Below are positions 1 through 12,972 of a DNA stretch of 64,000 nucleotides, piece by piece. The notes beneath the pieces were generated by a model, which saw only the letters and a list, made by a program, of their open reading frames with translations, was not told the origin of the DNA and did no database searches. The DNA is from Glaucostegus cemiculus. Its lineage: Eukaryota. Numbering within the stretch: the first letter of the stretch is position 1; each line of letters starts with the position of its first letter. The stretch is taken from the NCBI GenBank assembly GCA_976551045.1, contig CDPCPM010000026.1:6076001-6140000 (forward strand), written 5' to 3'. The position numbers and the translations under genes were made by a program.

Positions 1-956
1 TCTGCAAATGCTTAAGGACGTAGGTAGTCTCATTTGTGTGCGGTATTTCTGTGGAATACAGTCTAACAAACTTCAGAGTCTGATGGTAGAGTGAGAAGGT
101 GCAGAAATTCCAAAATGCTTATGCTGAGAAATACTCCCAAACAATCTGCACCAGGTTAAGCCTGTCAGAGACATTCAGAAACATTCATAATCTTCGATTG
201 CTTTGACAGCTGGCTATGTAAGGTAGCACAGTTGTCAACAGTTTTATGTGGTAGGGTTTGTTCTTGTCTGTCCCTACCCGATCATATCAATGCATACTCT
301 GGCCTGACATTGAGGATTAGGCTAGCTTGTGAGCAACGTTGAGACCAGGGGATTTGCATTAAGTGAATACTGACTTTTTGCAGATCAGTGGCATGTATGG
401 GTGATTCATCACTGACCACAAAATCCAGGCTATCCTTGTTAGGACATTCCATTGCACAACCTCAAGTATTTTTTGAGGGCCAGATATCTTGTTGGGCAGC
501 ATTACGGATTTGTGAGTTATTTAAAAACTACTTGAACTTCAGGTAACTAAGCAAAAGATTTTCAGGATATTTTACAATGGGATTAATTTGTCAATTGTGC
601 CTCTTCAAGTGGTTTCAAATTGTTTGTGTCAGAGAAGGCTGCAAACTGTACAGTCTTAGAGCTGGGTTGGATTGGTGACAGGAACTGAGATTTTCCACGT
701 TAAACTATGCTTGCATGAAAATCCAAGAGTTGCCATCAGTTTCACAGAATGAACACCAGTGGTTTCATTAGATCAAATCTTGTTGATCTTGGCCCATGTC
801 TTGAGGTCGTCACACCAAATTTTTGCAGCCACATTGCTTCCAACGCACTGCTGGCATCACTGCTGGATGCTTCTGTAAAGCACACAGTGAGTCACAAATG
901 CCAACTGGGCCGCAGGTGCTGGGAACTAATGCCCTGCCTACAGACCGCCTGGACAG

Positions 957-1265
957 TTTACGCTGTCAAAGACACTTTCACTATTTCCACATACATATGA
1001 CAAAAAAAGTTATTATCTTGGTGTTCTCTGGTATTTCATTCAAAATTAAACTACTTGTGAATCAATTGCAAGCCATGTGATATACTTGGTCTCAGTTTGC
1101 TTACTGCTCAAATGCAAATGAGGTGCTCACCTGTGGAAGCACCACTAACAAATCTCTAAGTTTGTACCATATATGGAAACATAGCCATTAAAAAATCTAC
1201 TGCTTCAGATGGCTCCAATAATCAACAATATGTGGAAATAGTGAAAGTGTCTTTGACAGCGTAAA
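957..1265. repeat. Perfect 37-bp inverted repeat (957-993 vs 1229-1265)
   Basis: tttacgctgtcaaagacactttcactatttccacata at 957-993 is the exact reverse complement of tatgtggaaatagtgaaagtgtctttgacagcgtaaa at 1229-1265. Confidence 0.97.
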
Positions 1266-2353
1266 GTTTTGTATGTATTTTTATTTCACCATATATTCAC
1301 AAGGAGGCATTGACTGCATTCAAATGATTGAAGCCATGTTGGATGCACCAGCTGTTCCTGGTGTAGAACTGAGGGGCCATGTATAAAGTATACTCTGCTC
1401 TCTGGAACAACAATTTATGTATCTGGTCCCCAGGGTGAATCCAGGGCCAGAACAGAAAGTCAGATGTACTTCACCTGACTTACAAATTGTTCCATGCTTT
1501 TGTAAGGCATGGACATCCACGTGCACTGCCTCTTACTGTATGTAGCTAGCTCTGCTTCTGGTATGGACCTGCCAAGTAGCCTTCAATGTGCTTTGCACTT
1601 TGCCTTTATGAATATAATTTACCTTTCTGAGGAACTGAATGGTCTACAGCAATGAAACTGGTCAATGTTTCAGTATAGTTTTTATTATCAACTTCAGTGA
1701 TGTAAAATCAAGTTTCTTACAGAAGGTGCAAGTGCAGTCATATGTGTCCATCCTGTGGCTGCAGCTCCATTCCAAAAATGGTCCCTTGAACTTTTAAACT
1801 GGTCTTTGACCACAATAGCATTAGAGATGCTTATTGTTTGTGATAAGCACATTTTCAGATGTATTAACTAAGATTTGCCCCTCACCATTAAATAACCAAT
1901 TGATATTTAAATGAAAAAAAACAGTTATGCTGTGTTATGTTAAGCAATTGTGCTGGTTCATGGAATAATATACATTTATGTAAATGAATTTTAGCAGAAG
2001 CTTTAACCATAACCTTACTAGCACAATTTTCACTCAAATTTCCAATTGTGCTTTACCCAGACACTTACCTTGATAGTCTCATAAACTAGTAACTTGTACC
2101 AGGTCACTTTGAGTTAAAAAAAATGAAAATTACTCTGTGTAACAGTAGATTTTTTAATGGCTATATTTCCATATATGGTACAAACTTGGAGATTTGTTAG
2201 TGGTGCTTCCACAGGTGAGCACCTCATTTGTATTTGAGCAGTAAGCAAACTGAGACCAAGTATATCACATGGCTTGCAATTGATTCACGAGTAGTTTAAT
2301 TTTGAATGAAATACCAGAGAACACCAAGATAATAACTTTTTTTGTCGTATGTA
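992..2353. repeat. 211-bp inverted duplication (992-1202 vs 2143-2353)
   Basis: Base-by-base comparison gives an ungapped reverse-complement match with 5 mismatches, all transitions. Neither arm resembles a transposon I recognise. Confidence 0.97.
2069..2106 (-). CDS. Candidate 38-nt internal exon of an unidentified host gene
   Basis: Minus strand reads ttttcattttttttaactcaaag|TGACCTGGTACAAGTTACTAGTTTATGAGACTATCAAG|gtaagt. Only one frame is open (xTWYKLLVYETIK). Peptide not recognised. Confidence 0.25.
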
Positions 2354-5300
2354 CATGTGATGGTTTGTAAATGTAATGCCCATGACATTAATTTCTAGTA
2401 TGACACCTCTCAAGGGCATGATGTGATGGAATGTACTAAATATATTAATTGGAATTGGACTAACAATGGTGATAACATATACTTTTATATACACGCCATT
2501 GACGATATTTACGAACAATCTTGCATATGTGTTTTGCATTGAAATTTTCTTCAGGTCTTTTACATGTGGGATGAATACATTAATAATATTGGTAGATTAG
2601 CCCAGTAATTTATCAATACTCATCTTCACTGCAGCATCTCACCTATATCTCTGTAGGGGGAAAAAAATACTGTTGAAACCTCTTGGGTGGGGGGGGGGGA
2701 GGGAAGGGTAAGTGGAGTTGTATTCAGGTCAAAATCCTTCCTAGAATGTTAACAAAGTTTCAAACAAGAGTGTGTGGAAAAAGAGCATGAAATTTGAAAT
2801 TTATGCCATTAATAATTCTGGACAATTCTCTGCAGGTGTGGGTTTAATAGAAATGAGTAATGATCCCAACTTAATGATAGTGTCAGCAAGAGATTTAGAA
2901 CCAAAAAAAGATCAATTCACAAATCATACATTATGTGTATGATTCCTGCCCCATCATGCTCAGCAATATTCATTTACTGGGGGCATGATTTTCCCACCAA
3001 CAGTAGCTTAATGTGTTATAGCCATTATTGGCATTTATAGTTCATGTTTGGCCAGTGGTGATAAATCTGTGACTCTGGCAGACTTACAATTTTCTCTGTT
3101 TGACAGCAAACTACTAACAGGGCTTAGAGAAGGGAAACTGTCACCAGGGAAAAGGGGCCAGTCAGTTGACCACGGGGAAAGGTCAGTCCTTGTGCAAAGC
3201 TTTCCTTCTTAAATGACAGTGTTACCATAACTGGAGGCCACATCAGTCAGATTGTTCCAGTAACAGTAGGTAAATCCAGATTCTGGACTGCTACATTAAT
3301 AATTAGAGCCTTTTCTTCACCAAAGGTCATCTCCTTCAGACTGGTAGAAACCACCAACTGGATTTGATTTGCTTCTTTTCTGTCAGTAGAGATGTGATTC
3401 TAGGGTTCATGACCAGTGGCAAATTTACCATCTCCCTTATATCAAACTGAAGCAGAGGAGTTTAAATTCAAATATCTCGCCTAATCATTATATTTTTGGA
3501 TTCTGTACAAAATTATATGTCACTTCACTCCACCCCCATCCCTTTCTCCTTCCAGGAATACTTTACTGTGGAAAGTATTGAGCTGCTTTTACCACAAATA
3601 AATTTGTTCAGCCACTCTAGGATTTGTATTAAGACATTTGAATTACGTGCCTGCTATATATCCAGATAGAAAATCGCTGGTTAATTTGCAAGAATACATA
3701 CTTCCTCATGTCAGATGTTTAACAGACAAGAAACACACATCTGGCCCAGCTCAGCTGGTGCTCCACAACTGCTCAATACTTTACCATGTGTCCCTTTCGA
3801 CATAAGTATTCCAACTATGATGATTTAAATTTATTTTTATCTGCTAACCTGGTATAAACCATTCCACAACTACACACTCAGCAAGCCACCCTTGTACTTA
3901 GACAATTGTATCTTAATTGGCACCACAGAAACTTGTGCAGTGCCTTCAAAGGACATCCTGGTGATGGTATTTCCTTGCAAAATGTTAATCTTTGTTTTAC
4001 ACAAACTCTCAAACACTTACAACTTTGCATTTCCTTTTATTACTTTTGGAGTTGTTTTATTTTTGTACATAACATGATAATACAATGTAATTGTTATTAA
4101 TATGAAGTGTACTGCTACTGACAACCAGTTCTTTCCACTGCACTCACAACAATGGAGGGCTGTGCAGCAGCCTAACTCTTTTCCTACTCCTCGTCCCTCC
4201 ATCGCTGTTTGCAGAATGTGTACCATCTGTTCCCTGTTGTAGGTTGTTAAGCACAAACTGCAGCCAATACAAATAGCTCTGCTTGATGTTTGTTTGCATA
4301 AATTGTTCTGAAAGCTTCATGAAGAGTTTAAGGGTTTGCTAGCAAGAGCGGCATACAATGATGAAATCTATAAAGTTGGCAGCAACATTGAACCTAACAA
4401 TTTACAATGGTATTTGCAAGCATCCACATGCATATCTATGAAAGGTGAGCCAGAGTAGAGAATAAAATGTAATGTAAATGTATGAAATCAAATAATAAAT
4501 ATAAAACTGTAATATAAACAGCCAATTGTACCTCATCATTTTTTCACAGTAATAATTCTTGTTTGAAATGACTTGACCTGCCTCTTTTCATCTTCAGGTA
4601 AATCAGCTCCAGTTGTGAGTCTACCCAAGAGCTTATGTAGATTTACAAAGAGAGTTAAAGCTCTATATTACACTGGCAGTTGCAGCATTTACACTGATGA
4701 CAGTTAAATTGTTGAGCCCTCTGTAACTTATTTAGTGCACAGACACTATGGGTCCTCTGACGACCTACTGCAAATGCAAGCCATATGTGCCTAAATATAT
4801 CCTTTGTACATATTCCTTCATTTAAAACACTTCTGTTAACTCTCAACTCAAACCTTCTGTTGTCATGTCATACTACACTAATTATTTTTTATAGCTTTGT
4901 TTTAATTAAATGTTAGAATTTTTCTGTCATCTTGTAGTTCGTGGAATGTGCTTACATCTATCTGCTGTGATCAGACTTTTTGTCCATAAAGAAATTACTG
5001 CACACAAAGCAATGCTTGGTGTGAGACTCTGATTTTTATCTTTCTCTTCCTCATCAGCAAAGAACTTGCACAATATATGTTCTAGTTGTCCCCATCTTTC
5101 AGTTTGTTATGGAAAACAAAATTGCAACTGTGATTCAGTCAGACTTTCCATTTTTCTGGGTTGCTGCTACAATGGTGATGTAGAAGATCTTCTTCAACAA
5201 TCAATGATAATGTTTAAAACGTACTGACAGAAGGAGCTGCCTAGTAGACAAGGCCCAATATGATTCATTATTCTCTTCAAGTTTCCATTAATGGTGAAGC

Positions 5301-6057
5301 ATTTCATATCCCACCCAATACTACACAAGAGGAGATACACTACCTCCATGTGTAGTATCTTTCTTGGGAGTGTGGCTCTTATTTCCATAATGAAGGCTGA
5401 CTGTATAATTTATAAGCAATGAAACTGTGAGTGAGAGATCATCATCTACATACATTGAAATGAAAACCTTATTAAATGAGTTATTCTGATTCAACTTGTA
5501 ATAAATGCAGGTTTGCAGGGAACCTGGTAGCCAAGACTTTTTGGGGGTTTTGACACCAAGCTTGAAACCTTGGATGGTTTTAGGTATGACATTTATTTCT
5601 TGAATAGTTTATACATCGTTTTGTCCACAAAAGTGAGCACTTTCTTCACTGCACCACTTGATACTATTAGCAAACTAATTGGAGGGGTATAGTGGATAAA
5701 GTAATTCATGTCTGCATATTTAACTACTTGTGTTGCATCCCCTCCCTTTCCACTCCCATACTAAGCAGTGACCCCTCTCTCCTGATGTCTTCTCAGTTGT
5801 ACCAACAAGTGGGAAAAGCTCCCTGACTTTGCTGAAGGCTGCTGCTTTGGATCACCTCCTCAGACACAGCCTGTGCTCCCATGTTTTCAGCAATTTGCAG
5901 GTCCATGAAACTATGCACCCAGTTGTGGTCAAGGACTCTGGGTTAAATGGCCACGGAGCAAGTCTCTAACAAAGGCCACTCTGGCTGGACCTCAGTGTCA
6001 GGCAGAATGTACCATCAGTCTGTCTCCTGCCCCATCCCACCTTCTATCACTCACTAA

Positions 6058-6650
6058 CACCAGCGCCTCTACTTCCTCAGGAGACCAAAGTATGTCCATG
6101 TTGACCCTCACTAATTTTTATAGAACATCCCATCCAGATGCATCATGGCTTGGAATGGCAACTGCTCTGCCTGAGACCCCAAGAAACTGCAGAGAGTTGT
6201 GCACACAGCCCAGCACATCATGGAAACCCTCCAATGGACTCTGTCTACATTTCCTGCTGCCTCGGGAAAGCAGCCAACATAATCAAAGACCCCACCCACC
6301 CTGGACACTCCCTCTTCTCCCCACTTCCATTGGGCAGAAGATACAAAAGCCTGAAAGCATGTACCACCAGGCTCAAGGACAGCTTCCATCCCATCGCTAT
6401 AAGAGTATTGAATGCACCCCTCGCACCCCCCCACCCCCATATGACAAGATGGACTCCTGACTTAACAATTTACTTTGTCATGGCCTTGCACCTTATTGTC
6501 TGCCTATGCTATCTCTGTAACTGTAACACTTTATTCTACATTCTGCTATTGCTTTTCCCAAGTACTTCCTCAATGCACTGTTGTAATAAAATGATCTGTC
6601 TGGATGGCAGGCAAAACAGTTTTTCACTGTACCTGTAACAATAATAAAGC
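6058..6650 (+). mobile_element. Rex1/Babar-like LINE, 3' fragment
   Basis: Frameshifted pieces QRLYFLRR / TLTNFYR / KAANIIKDPTHPGHSLFSPLPLGRRYKSLKACTTRLKDSFHPIAIRVLN match the Rex1 RT C-terminus; 3' UTR ends near an aataaa. Confidence 0.85.
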
Positions 6651-6999
6651 TATTTACCAGCTTAATTTGGGAGTACAGCTGTGCCAGCACTGCGATGCTG
6701 AGGCTTCCACTGAGGCACAGCTGACTTCCTGTCCTCTTGCCATCTCTCCTCACTAGAGTTGTAATGCTCGATAGCCTTGGCAAGTAGTGGTTCTGGGAGC
6801 CATGGCACACCATTCTCGCATTTTCAACCTCAACCCACTTAGCCCAGCCCAGCCAATCAACAGCCCTGCTTCTGACACACCTTCAGCCAATCATAAGCAA
6901 TGACGGGATTGTGTTTGATTCTGCGACCAAACAGAGTAGTCTGCCATGGTGCAAGGACTTCAGCTAATCCTGATCTGCTGTTGTGGAATTGTTAGGGGC

Positions 7000-7315
7000 A
7001 ATTATGAGCAGAGACGAAAGGAGATAGGGCTGTTCTCGTTGGAGAGAAGGATGATGAGGGGAGACATGATAGAGGTATACAAGATATTGAGAGGAATAGA
7101 GAAAGTGGACAGCCAGTGCCTCTTTTCTAGGTCTTTGATGCTCAAAACAAGAGGACATGGCTTTAAGGTATTGGGTGGGAAGTTCAAGGGAGATGTCAGA
7201 GGGAGGTTTTTCACCCAGAGAGTGGTTGGTTCATGGAATGCACTGCCTGGGGTGGTGGTGGAGGCTGATACGTTGGACAAGTTCAAGAGATTGTTAGGTA
7301 AGCATATGGAGGAAC
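7000..7315 (+). mobile_element. CR1 LINE ORF2 C-terminal fragment
   Basis: GLFSLERRMMRGDMIEVYKILRG...KTRGH...FFTQRVVGSWNALP...FKRLL is a typical CR1 C-terminus (within ORF 6946..7473). Confidence 0.92.
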
Positions 7316-9444
7316 GGGATGTTGGGGAATTGAGGGGTGCTGTTGTGAGGACTTGCATTCAAAAGGAGCCTAGTAAAAACCTCCAAGGTGGTTATGATCT
7401 GAGTTATAATGATGGAAAGCCACTAAATTCTGAAATAATCTTAGGTGTAGCTTTAATTGCTTGGCACTGTTGAAATGCTTCCTCTCCCTGATCAATTAAC
7501 TCAGTCCTCTATATTTCACTGAAAAGAAAACATTTGAACCTAATTGTCCCTGGGATACAGAAGCCAGTGGTTGAACCGTCCATTTAAACCCAGATAAGCA
7601 GCTACCTGATGGGGATGTATTGCAGTCCTGTGTGGTGCAGAGTGAGAGATCAGAGGCACTTCTGTTTGTAAGGGAGATGAGGATGTGTTCACAGACCATG
7701 ACAGTGTGTGTAAACTTCTCCTTGTACTAGATCTTTGTCTTTGGGATTACACTTCTGATGTTGGCTTCCATTACACACTCCCTCCACTCTCACTTAATGT
7801 ATACTTTGGCAACTTACCTGTCTTTGCTGTGGATAAAAGGCATTTGTCTCCCTCTCTAGATTGTCCACCCGTGCTTAAAAATGGGGCTGGGGTTGTCATC
7901 TCACACAACATCTGCTTGGGACGCACACTTCCTCTTCTCCCTTTGGGGCCAGAGATGCTCAGCTACATTTGAGTAATGGTGCCCCTAACTTTGTCAGGGT
8001 ACACTCTACTGTCATGAGCAGTGTGTGTAGGGCACAGCTCCACAGAAAGGGAAGAATGGAAGAACATCCTCTTCTTTGCCAATGGAGAGAAAAGCCTCTG
8101 GGCAAATTTAGGCAGTTTTGTTAGTTACCTTGTTTGTGTTGACAACTGGACAGGCTAATTACAGGTCGTTGTTGATTGATGTGCAGGAATGACCAACAGG
8201 GAGCTTGCAGGGAGAGTACTTGAGTGGTGAAATGAAAACAAATCTAGGCCATGACAGATGTCTCTTATTTCTGAAGACCTGGAAGATTGGGCAAAGCTGC
8301 AATGATTATTCATTTGCAAGTTAGTATTTTTTTAAATTAGAAAATTTAATCTTAAACCAAATCAAGATCTGTTGTTAAATGATGTGAGGAAAGGGGGGAG
8401 TGAACATACAGGTGATTGAAGCAATTTATCTGGGCTTTGTCTCTGCCGGTATAATTTTTCTGTGAAACTCCCAGACACCCAACTCAGTACACAAAATTTA
8501 CTACAATGAATAATTGTGCAGAGCAATTATATTTTTATTTCAGTTACCAATTATTGAAGATGGGGCTCAGTGTGGTTCTTTTGCATATCTATCTAAATGG
8601 AAACATTTTCCTTTGAATTTCCACGTGCCACACAAGCCTAGTTGTAATCACATATGTGTAAGTGGCTCTCCCAGGACTCTCATCTGTTTCAAACAGTGAG
8701 GAGAAAATGAAAGAGTTTAGGATTGGTTTATCAGCTTAACTCTTAGCCTACCAGCTATAGATATAATCAAGCACAAGGAACTGGTTAAATAGCAATTGAT
8801 TATCCTTTTAACTGGAAAGGGATTCTCTTCTGTCGTTGGATTTCAGCAAACCTTTGAAGGTTTGTAAAAAAAATTTTCAGAATGTTGTACCTTGTAGCCT
8901 AATCATAAGAATACTGTGCATCTTGGAGGACAGAGAGCTGCCAACCTTCGATGCAAATTAAGGGCTTACTTCATCCCAAGGAATATGGAACAATTTAATA
9001 CCAATTTCTTTGGATTAAAAAATTGCAAAAGCTGTCAATCATTATTTGTATGATGGGGATCTATTATAATCATGTTGAAAACCCATACAAATATTAAGGT
9101 GCAGGAATATAGTGAGTCTACAAAGAAAAGATTTTACCCACAGGTTAAGTATTTTGTATTTTCTGCTTATTATCTGCCACATTATAAATGAAAGCTGCTT
9201 GTTGTGGAACTGCAGGTGAAAGGATCAAAATTCAGGAATCTGCTTTGCGTTTGCCAGAGAGCTGTGATTGTTTGACTGCAAACTTCTTGGAACAAATTTG
9301 ACGTCAAGGAAGAGACTTGCATTTCTACTGCAGCTTTTTTTTCTCCTTTCATGACAGCCAAAGCAGACCCAGCAAAAACCCAGAAGCCAATTTGCACACA
9401 GCCTTCTCCCACATACAGCAAAGTTATTTCAACAGGGAGGAAAT

Positions 9445-9568
9445 GTTGAAAGGGATATGGGCCAAATGCAGGCAAATGGGACTAGCTCAGGTGGGAAGTT
9501 TGGTTGACATGAATGAGTTGGGCCATAGGGCCTTTTTCTTCCTGTATCACTCTTGACTCTATGACTCC
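9445..9568 (+). mobile_element. CR1 3' UTR fragment
   Basis: gggatatgggccaaatgcaggcaaatggga...gagttgggccatagggcc...gactctatgactc matches the chondrichthyan CR1 3' tail. Confidence 0.75.
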
Positions 9569-9689
9569 AGTAACAAAAGGGTAATCTGTCACTGGAATGG
9601 TAAGTAAGGGATGCACATTGGGCAGAACAGGAGGAAAAATGTCTCCGTTTTTCATTGAAACGGAGCCGGAGGATCTTTTTCTATGGGTC

Positions 9690-9850
9690 TAATGTGATTT
9701 TATCTCATCTGAGAAAAAGCAGTTCCCACAGTGCAATATTTCCTGAGTATCATAGTGGAGCCCAGAATAGATCTTTGTGCTTAAATCTCTAGAGTAAGAC
9801 TTGAACTCCACCTTCTGTCTCAAAGGCAATCCTGCTGCCAACTGAGCCAA
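9690..9850 (-). mobile_element. Old tRNA-derived Deu-type SINE, 5' part
   Basis: ...tgtgcttaaatctctagagtaagacttgaactc...caactgagcca is a reverse tRNA-like head (B box gttcaag) plus the start of the Deu domain; homologous to 17200-17360. Confidence 0.65.
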
Positions 9851-10841
9851 TCCTGATGTTTCCTTCAGTTTGGCCTTTGACCCTCTGAGAGAGACAGTTA
9901 CTGTTATCCTTGAGCTAGCAAAATGGGGTGTCTGTAGGTGATAACTTCAGAGATTTAGCTGACTGTTGAGTTAACTTTTCAGTTAGTCCCCAAACTATCT
10001 TACTCATTTGATAGAAGCCAGTCTGTATAATAACTCACATTTTAAACATATTGGCATCAATGGTAACATGCAATTATAGTTTCCACAGTGACTTGCATTC
10101 ATCTCCATGTCATTTTGATGTGCTATGGGTCTGCCATATGTGTCTTCTTTCACTGCACATGTCTAAAAATGCCTGTATACCTTGCTTCATCTGGCTCTGA
10201 GACTACAGGAAAAAGTTGAAGTGTATTATGTAGTTTGTGCTTCTCTTTGAAGATATTCCAGTAAGTGCCACACTTCCTTCTCAAGGTATGTTGGACTGAA
10301 TTCTTTCATGCAATGTAATTATACACTTCCAACCACAGTAAGGTATTCCCAAGTAGCAATCTGTCCTGCCTTCTCCTTGATTGCACCCAAATGGTTGAAT
10401 TCATACTGAAGATCTAGGTTCGTTTGAAAATATAAACAGAAAATGTTGTAGTTGTGCCACAGGTTGAAAGGTAAATTAACATTTTGCATACAAACTGATT
10501 TTACAGAATCCACATTGGCTCATTCCTAACTCCCTCCAGGGGATTTAGTTTTAGTTTTTCTGGAAAATAACACATTTTTTAGCCCCCTATCTCATCTTGA
10601 GACTTGCATTTCTACAGTGCTTTCACCGCCTCAGGTACCCAACTGGCTTAGCAGTTCAATTTTTGCACTCTAAAGCACGTTAGTGTTAATTACTTGTTCA
10701 AGGTATGTTTATTTTAAATAAAGCTATTACGTGGTCAGATTTTATTTCAGGAGATCTACTTTATTGCCTTGGGTCATTGCACTCTGGAAGTTCTCTCAGA
10801 TCTGTTTCCATTAAGCAGTGATGATAAAGAAAGGTGAGGAA

Positions 10842-11075
10842 TACCTGCACTTGTATGGTACTTCACAAACAATGAAATATTTTTGAAGTGTGGTAACTGA
10901 TAGTGACTGCCAATGTGCACACAGGTTCCCACAAACTACCATACAATGATGACCAGAAACTGTTTATAGTGATGTTAATCAAGAAATAAATATTGCCCAG
11001 GAACAAGGGACAACTGCACTGCTAACCCCCTTGTAATAAACACCATTTCTCTTGACATTTTCTTTACTCACCTGA
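10842..11075 (-). mobile_element. Old Deu-type SINE, 3' part
   Basis: tttgaagtgtggtaactg...gtgcacacaggttcccacaaac...gatgttaatcaagaaataaatattgcccagga; homologous to the reverse complement of 62370-62500. Confidence 0.6.
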
Positions 11076-11486
11076 CCAAGTACATCACTGCTGCATAAAA
11101 CTTCACAGCTATTTGATTAGCCAGTTACTGTCTGTTACTCAAATGAATAACAACAGATCTCAACTGCACACTCCTACCTAACTAGATTGGGGGGGGAGAT
11201 TGAAAATGTTAGTTTAACGTTCAGCTAAATCTCTAAAGAATCCCAGATTACGAACAGTAGCATGCCTGATTGCTGGAGTAGGCTAGTCAGGGTGGGAGAC
11301 ACTGTAACAGGAATCATTTAGTACCTAGGTTTAAATTAATTTGCAAATGTACAATTAACTGGGATGGATAGGTCCCTGTTGCACACACTTTTCTGCTGGT
11401 AAACATGCAAACAGTACCAATTTCTGAGCGCAATGGCTAATGTCAGAAGGACATTGGATTCCATATTACATTTGGTAATTGTTCAG

Positions 11487-11551
11487 CAATAAACAATTTG
11501 CTGGAGAAACTCTGAAGGTTGAGCAGCATCTGTGGGAGGAAAGGAATTGTT
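11487..11551 (-). mobile_element. Minimal Penelope-like pseudo-LTR insertion
   Basis: gctggagaaactctgaaggttgagcagcatctgtgggagg matches the other PLE ends; flanked by direct repeat aattgttcag (11477-11486, 11545-11554). Confidence 0.7.
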
Positions 11552-11649
11552 CAGATTCTATTGATGCTTGTGCTATATAACCCAGGAATCTTTAGTTATA
11601 TGTGGAGAGACAGCAGTTGTACCTAAATATGCATTATTTCTTTTTAAAG

Positions 11650-11940
11650 TTTCATATGGATCAGGAGGAGGAATCTGCCTCTTAGTTCCACAGCAGGCTA
11701 AAAGTTGCTGTTGCCTTTATCCTGTTGGGCATTCAATTCACGGAGTCTCTGCTCTGCTGCATTTCCATCTGCCCTGTACCCCCCACCAACAGCCTATTCC
11801 CTCTCGCATGTTCGTCAACTCCCCAATTCTCCTGCCAGCTACTTGCACTGGGAACAATTTATAGTAGGCAATTCACTTACCAGCATGCATTTAAATGTGG
11901 GAAGGAGTTAAAGCACCTAGGAGAAACCAATGCAACCACA
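11650..11940 (-). mobile_element. Degraded HE1/V-type SINE fragment
   Basis: gggaacaatttatagtaggcaattcacttaccagc...tgtgggaaggagttaaagcacctaggagaaacc resembles the adjacent SINE body. Confidence 0.55.
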
Positions 11941-12267
11941 GTCATACAGCATAGCAACAGAACCTTTGGCCCACTGAGATTGTGCCAACCATCCAGTACC
12001 CATTTACACTAATACTATTTCATTCTTCACCCCCATCCCCACCCCCAAGATTCTGCCACTCACCCATACGCTAGGGACAAGGTTTACAGTGGGTAGTCAC
12101 TCAGCCTGCACATCTTTGAGATTTGGGAGAAAACTGGAGCACTGGAAGGAAAAGCATGTCGTCGCAGGGAGAACGTGCAAACTCCATACTGACACCACCG
12201 GAGGTCAGGATCGAACTCGTGTTATTAGGGCTATGTGACGGTATCTCATACCTTCACTCTGCTGCCC
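11941..12267 (-). mobile_element. HE1/V-type SINE
   Basis: Reverse V-domain (gggagaacgtgcaaactcc), B box (ggatcgaac) and a CR1-like tail (catacagcatagcaacagaacctttggccc). Confidence 0.85.
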
Positions 12268-12972
12268 TTTCCTTCCCTTGCCTCACCCCCATACAGGTTC
12301 TGCATCCCCGCATCCAGGGACTTTTGGTGAAGATCAATGTCATTTAGGACAGGGGCCTGAAGGACCTATTTTCAAATATTTGCTAATGGAACAGGCTTTG
12401 ATAGTTTCTACTTACAGTCTAATCAATATTTTAGTATTACAATTCTGTCACAGAAATTTTAATTTTCTTTGTTCTGACTTAGAGTCTTTCTCTTTCCATG
12501 CATAATGTCTTTTTATGTTGGGGTTGGGAACTTACCACTGGCGCTTGATATGAAAATCAATGTAAAATCTTGCAGCACTGTTATTAGATATTTTAAAGTG
12601 TTCAGTTTTCAATAGCAATGCATATCATGTACAATCACCCTGTTTTATTGCTATTGTATTTTTGAACTAGATTGACAGTTTTAATGGAAAATAGTTTGTA
12701 ATTGCATTTTCCAGTCTGCTTTGAACCATTTATTCATTGAACTACTTAGATCAAAATTGATATTTCAGTTGAGGGAAATGACTGAGTGGTGAATTATTGG
12801 GAAATCTTAAACCAACCCATTACAAGCCATAGGGTCACAAGCCTTTGGGGTGCTTATTCACCTAAATCTTTATCTTATTATTCCTATGTTACATCACTAA
12901 CCACACTTCAAGAGTATTTCACTGTCCTGGGCTTATGAACAATGCTGTATAAAATAACTCTTTCAAAATAAA

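Noticed and set aside
2685-2708. G-runs with quadruplex potential (also about 25903-25921)
   Set aside because: Simple homopolymer tracts with no supporting functional context.
4570-4603. Recursive splice site-like motif (ttttcatcttcag|gtaaat) on the plus strand
   Set aside because: The donor half is weak and nothing indicates a plus-strand transcript.
6851-6893. Paired AGCCAATCA (NF-Y) sites 34 bp apart
   Set aside because: There is no CpG island, TATA box or exon nearby, and the pair lies between transposon fragments.
6092-7473. Longest ORFs (6138..6638, 6946..7473) as host genes
   Set aside because: Both are explained by Rex1-like and CR1 LINE fragments.
7818-7826. 9-nt microexon on the minus strand (tgccttttatccacag|CAAAGACAG|gtaagt)
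   Set aside because: The upstream sequence is purine-rich with several competing AGs and lacks the long pyrimidine tract typical of microexons.
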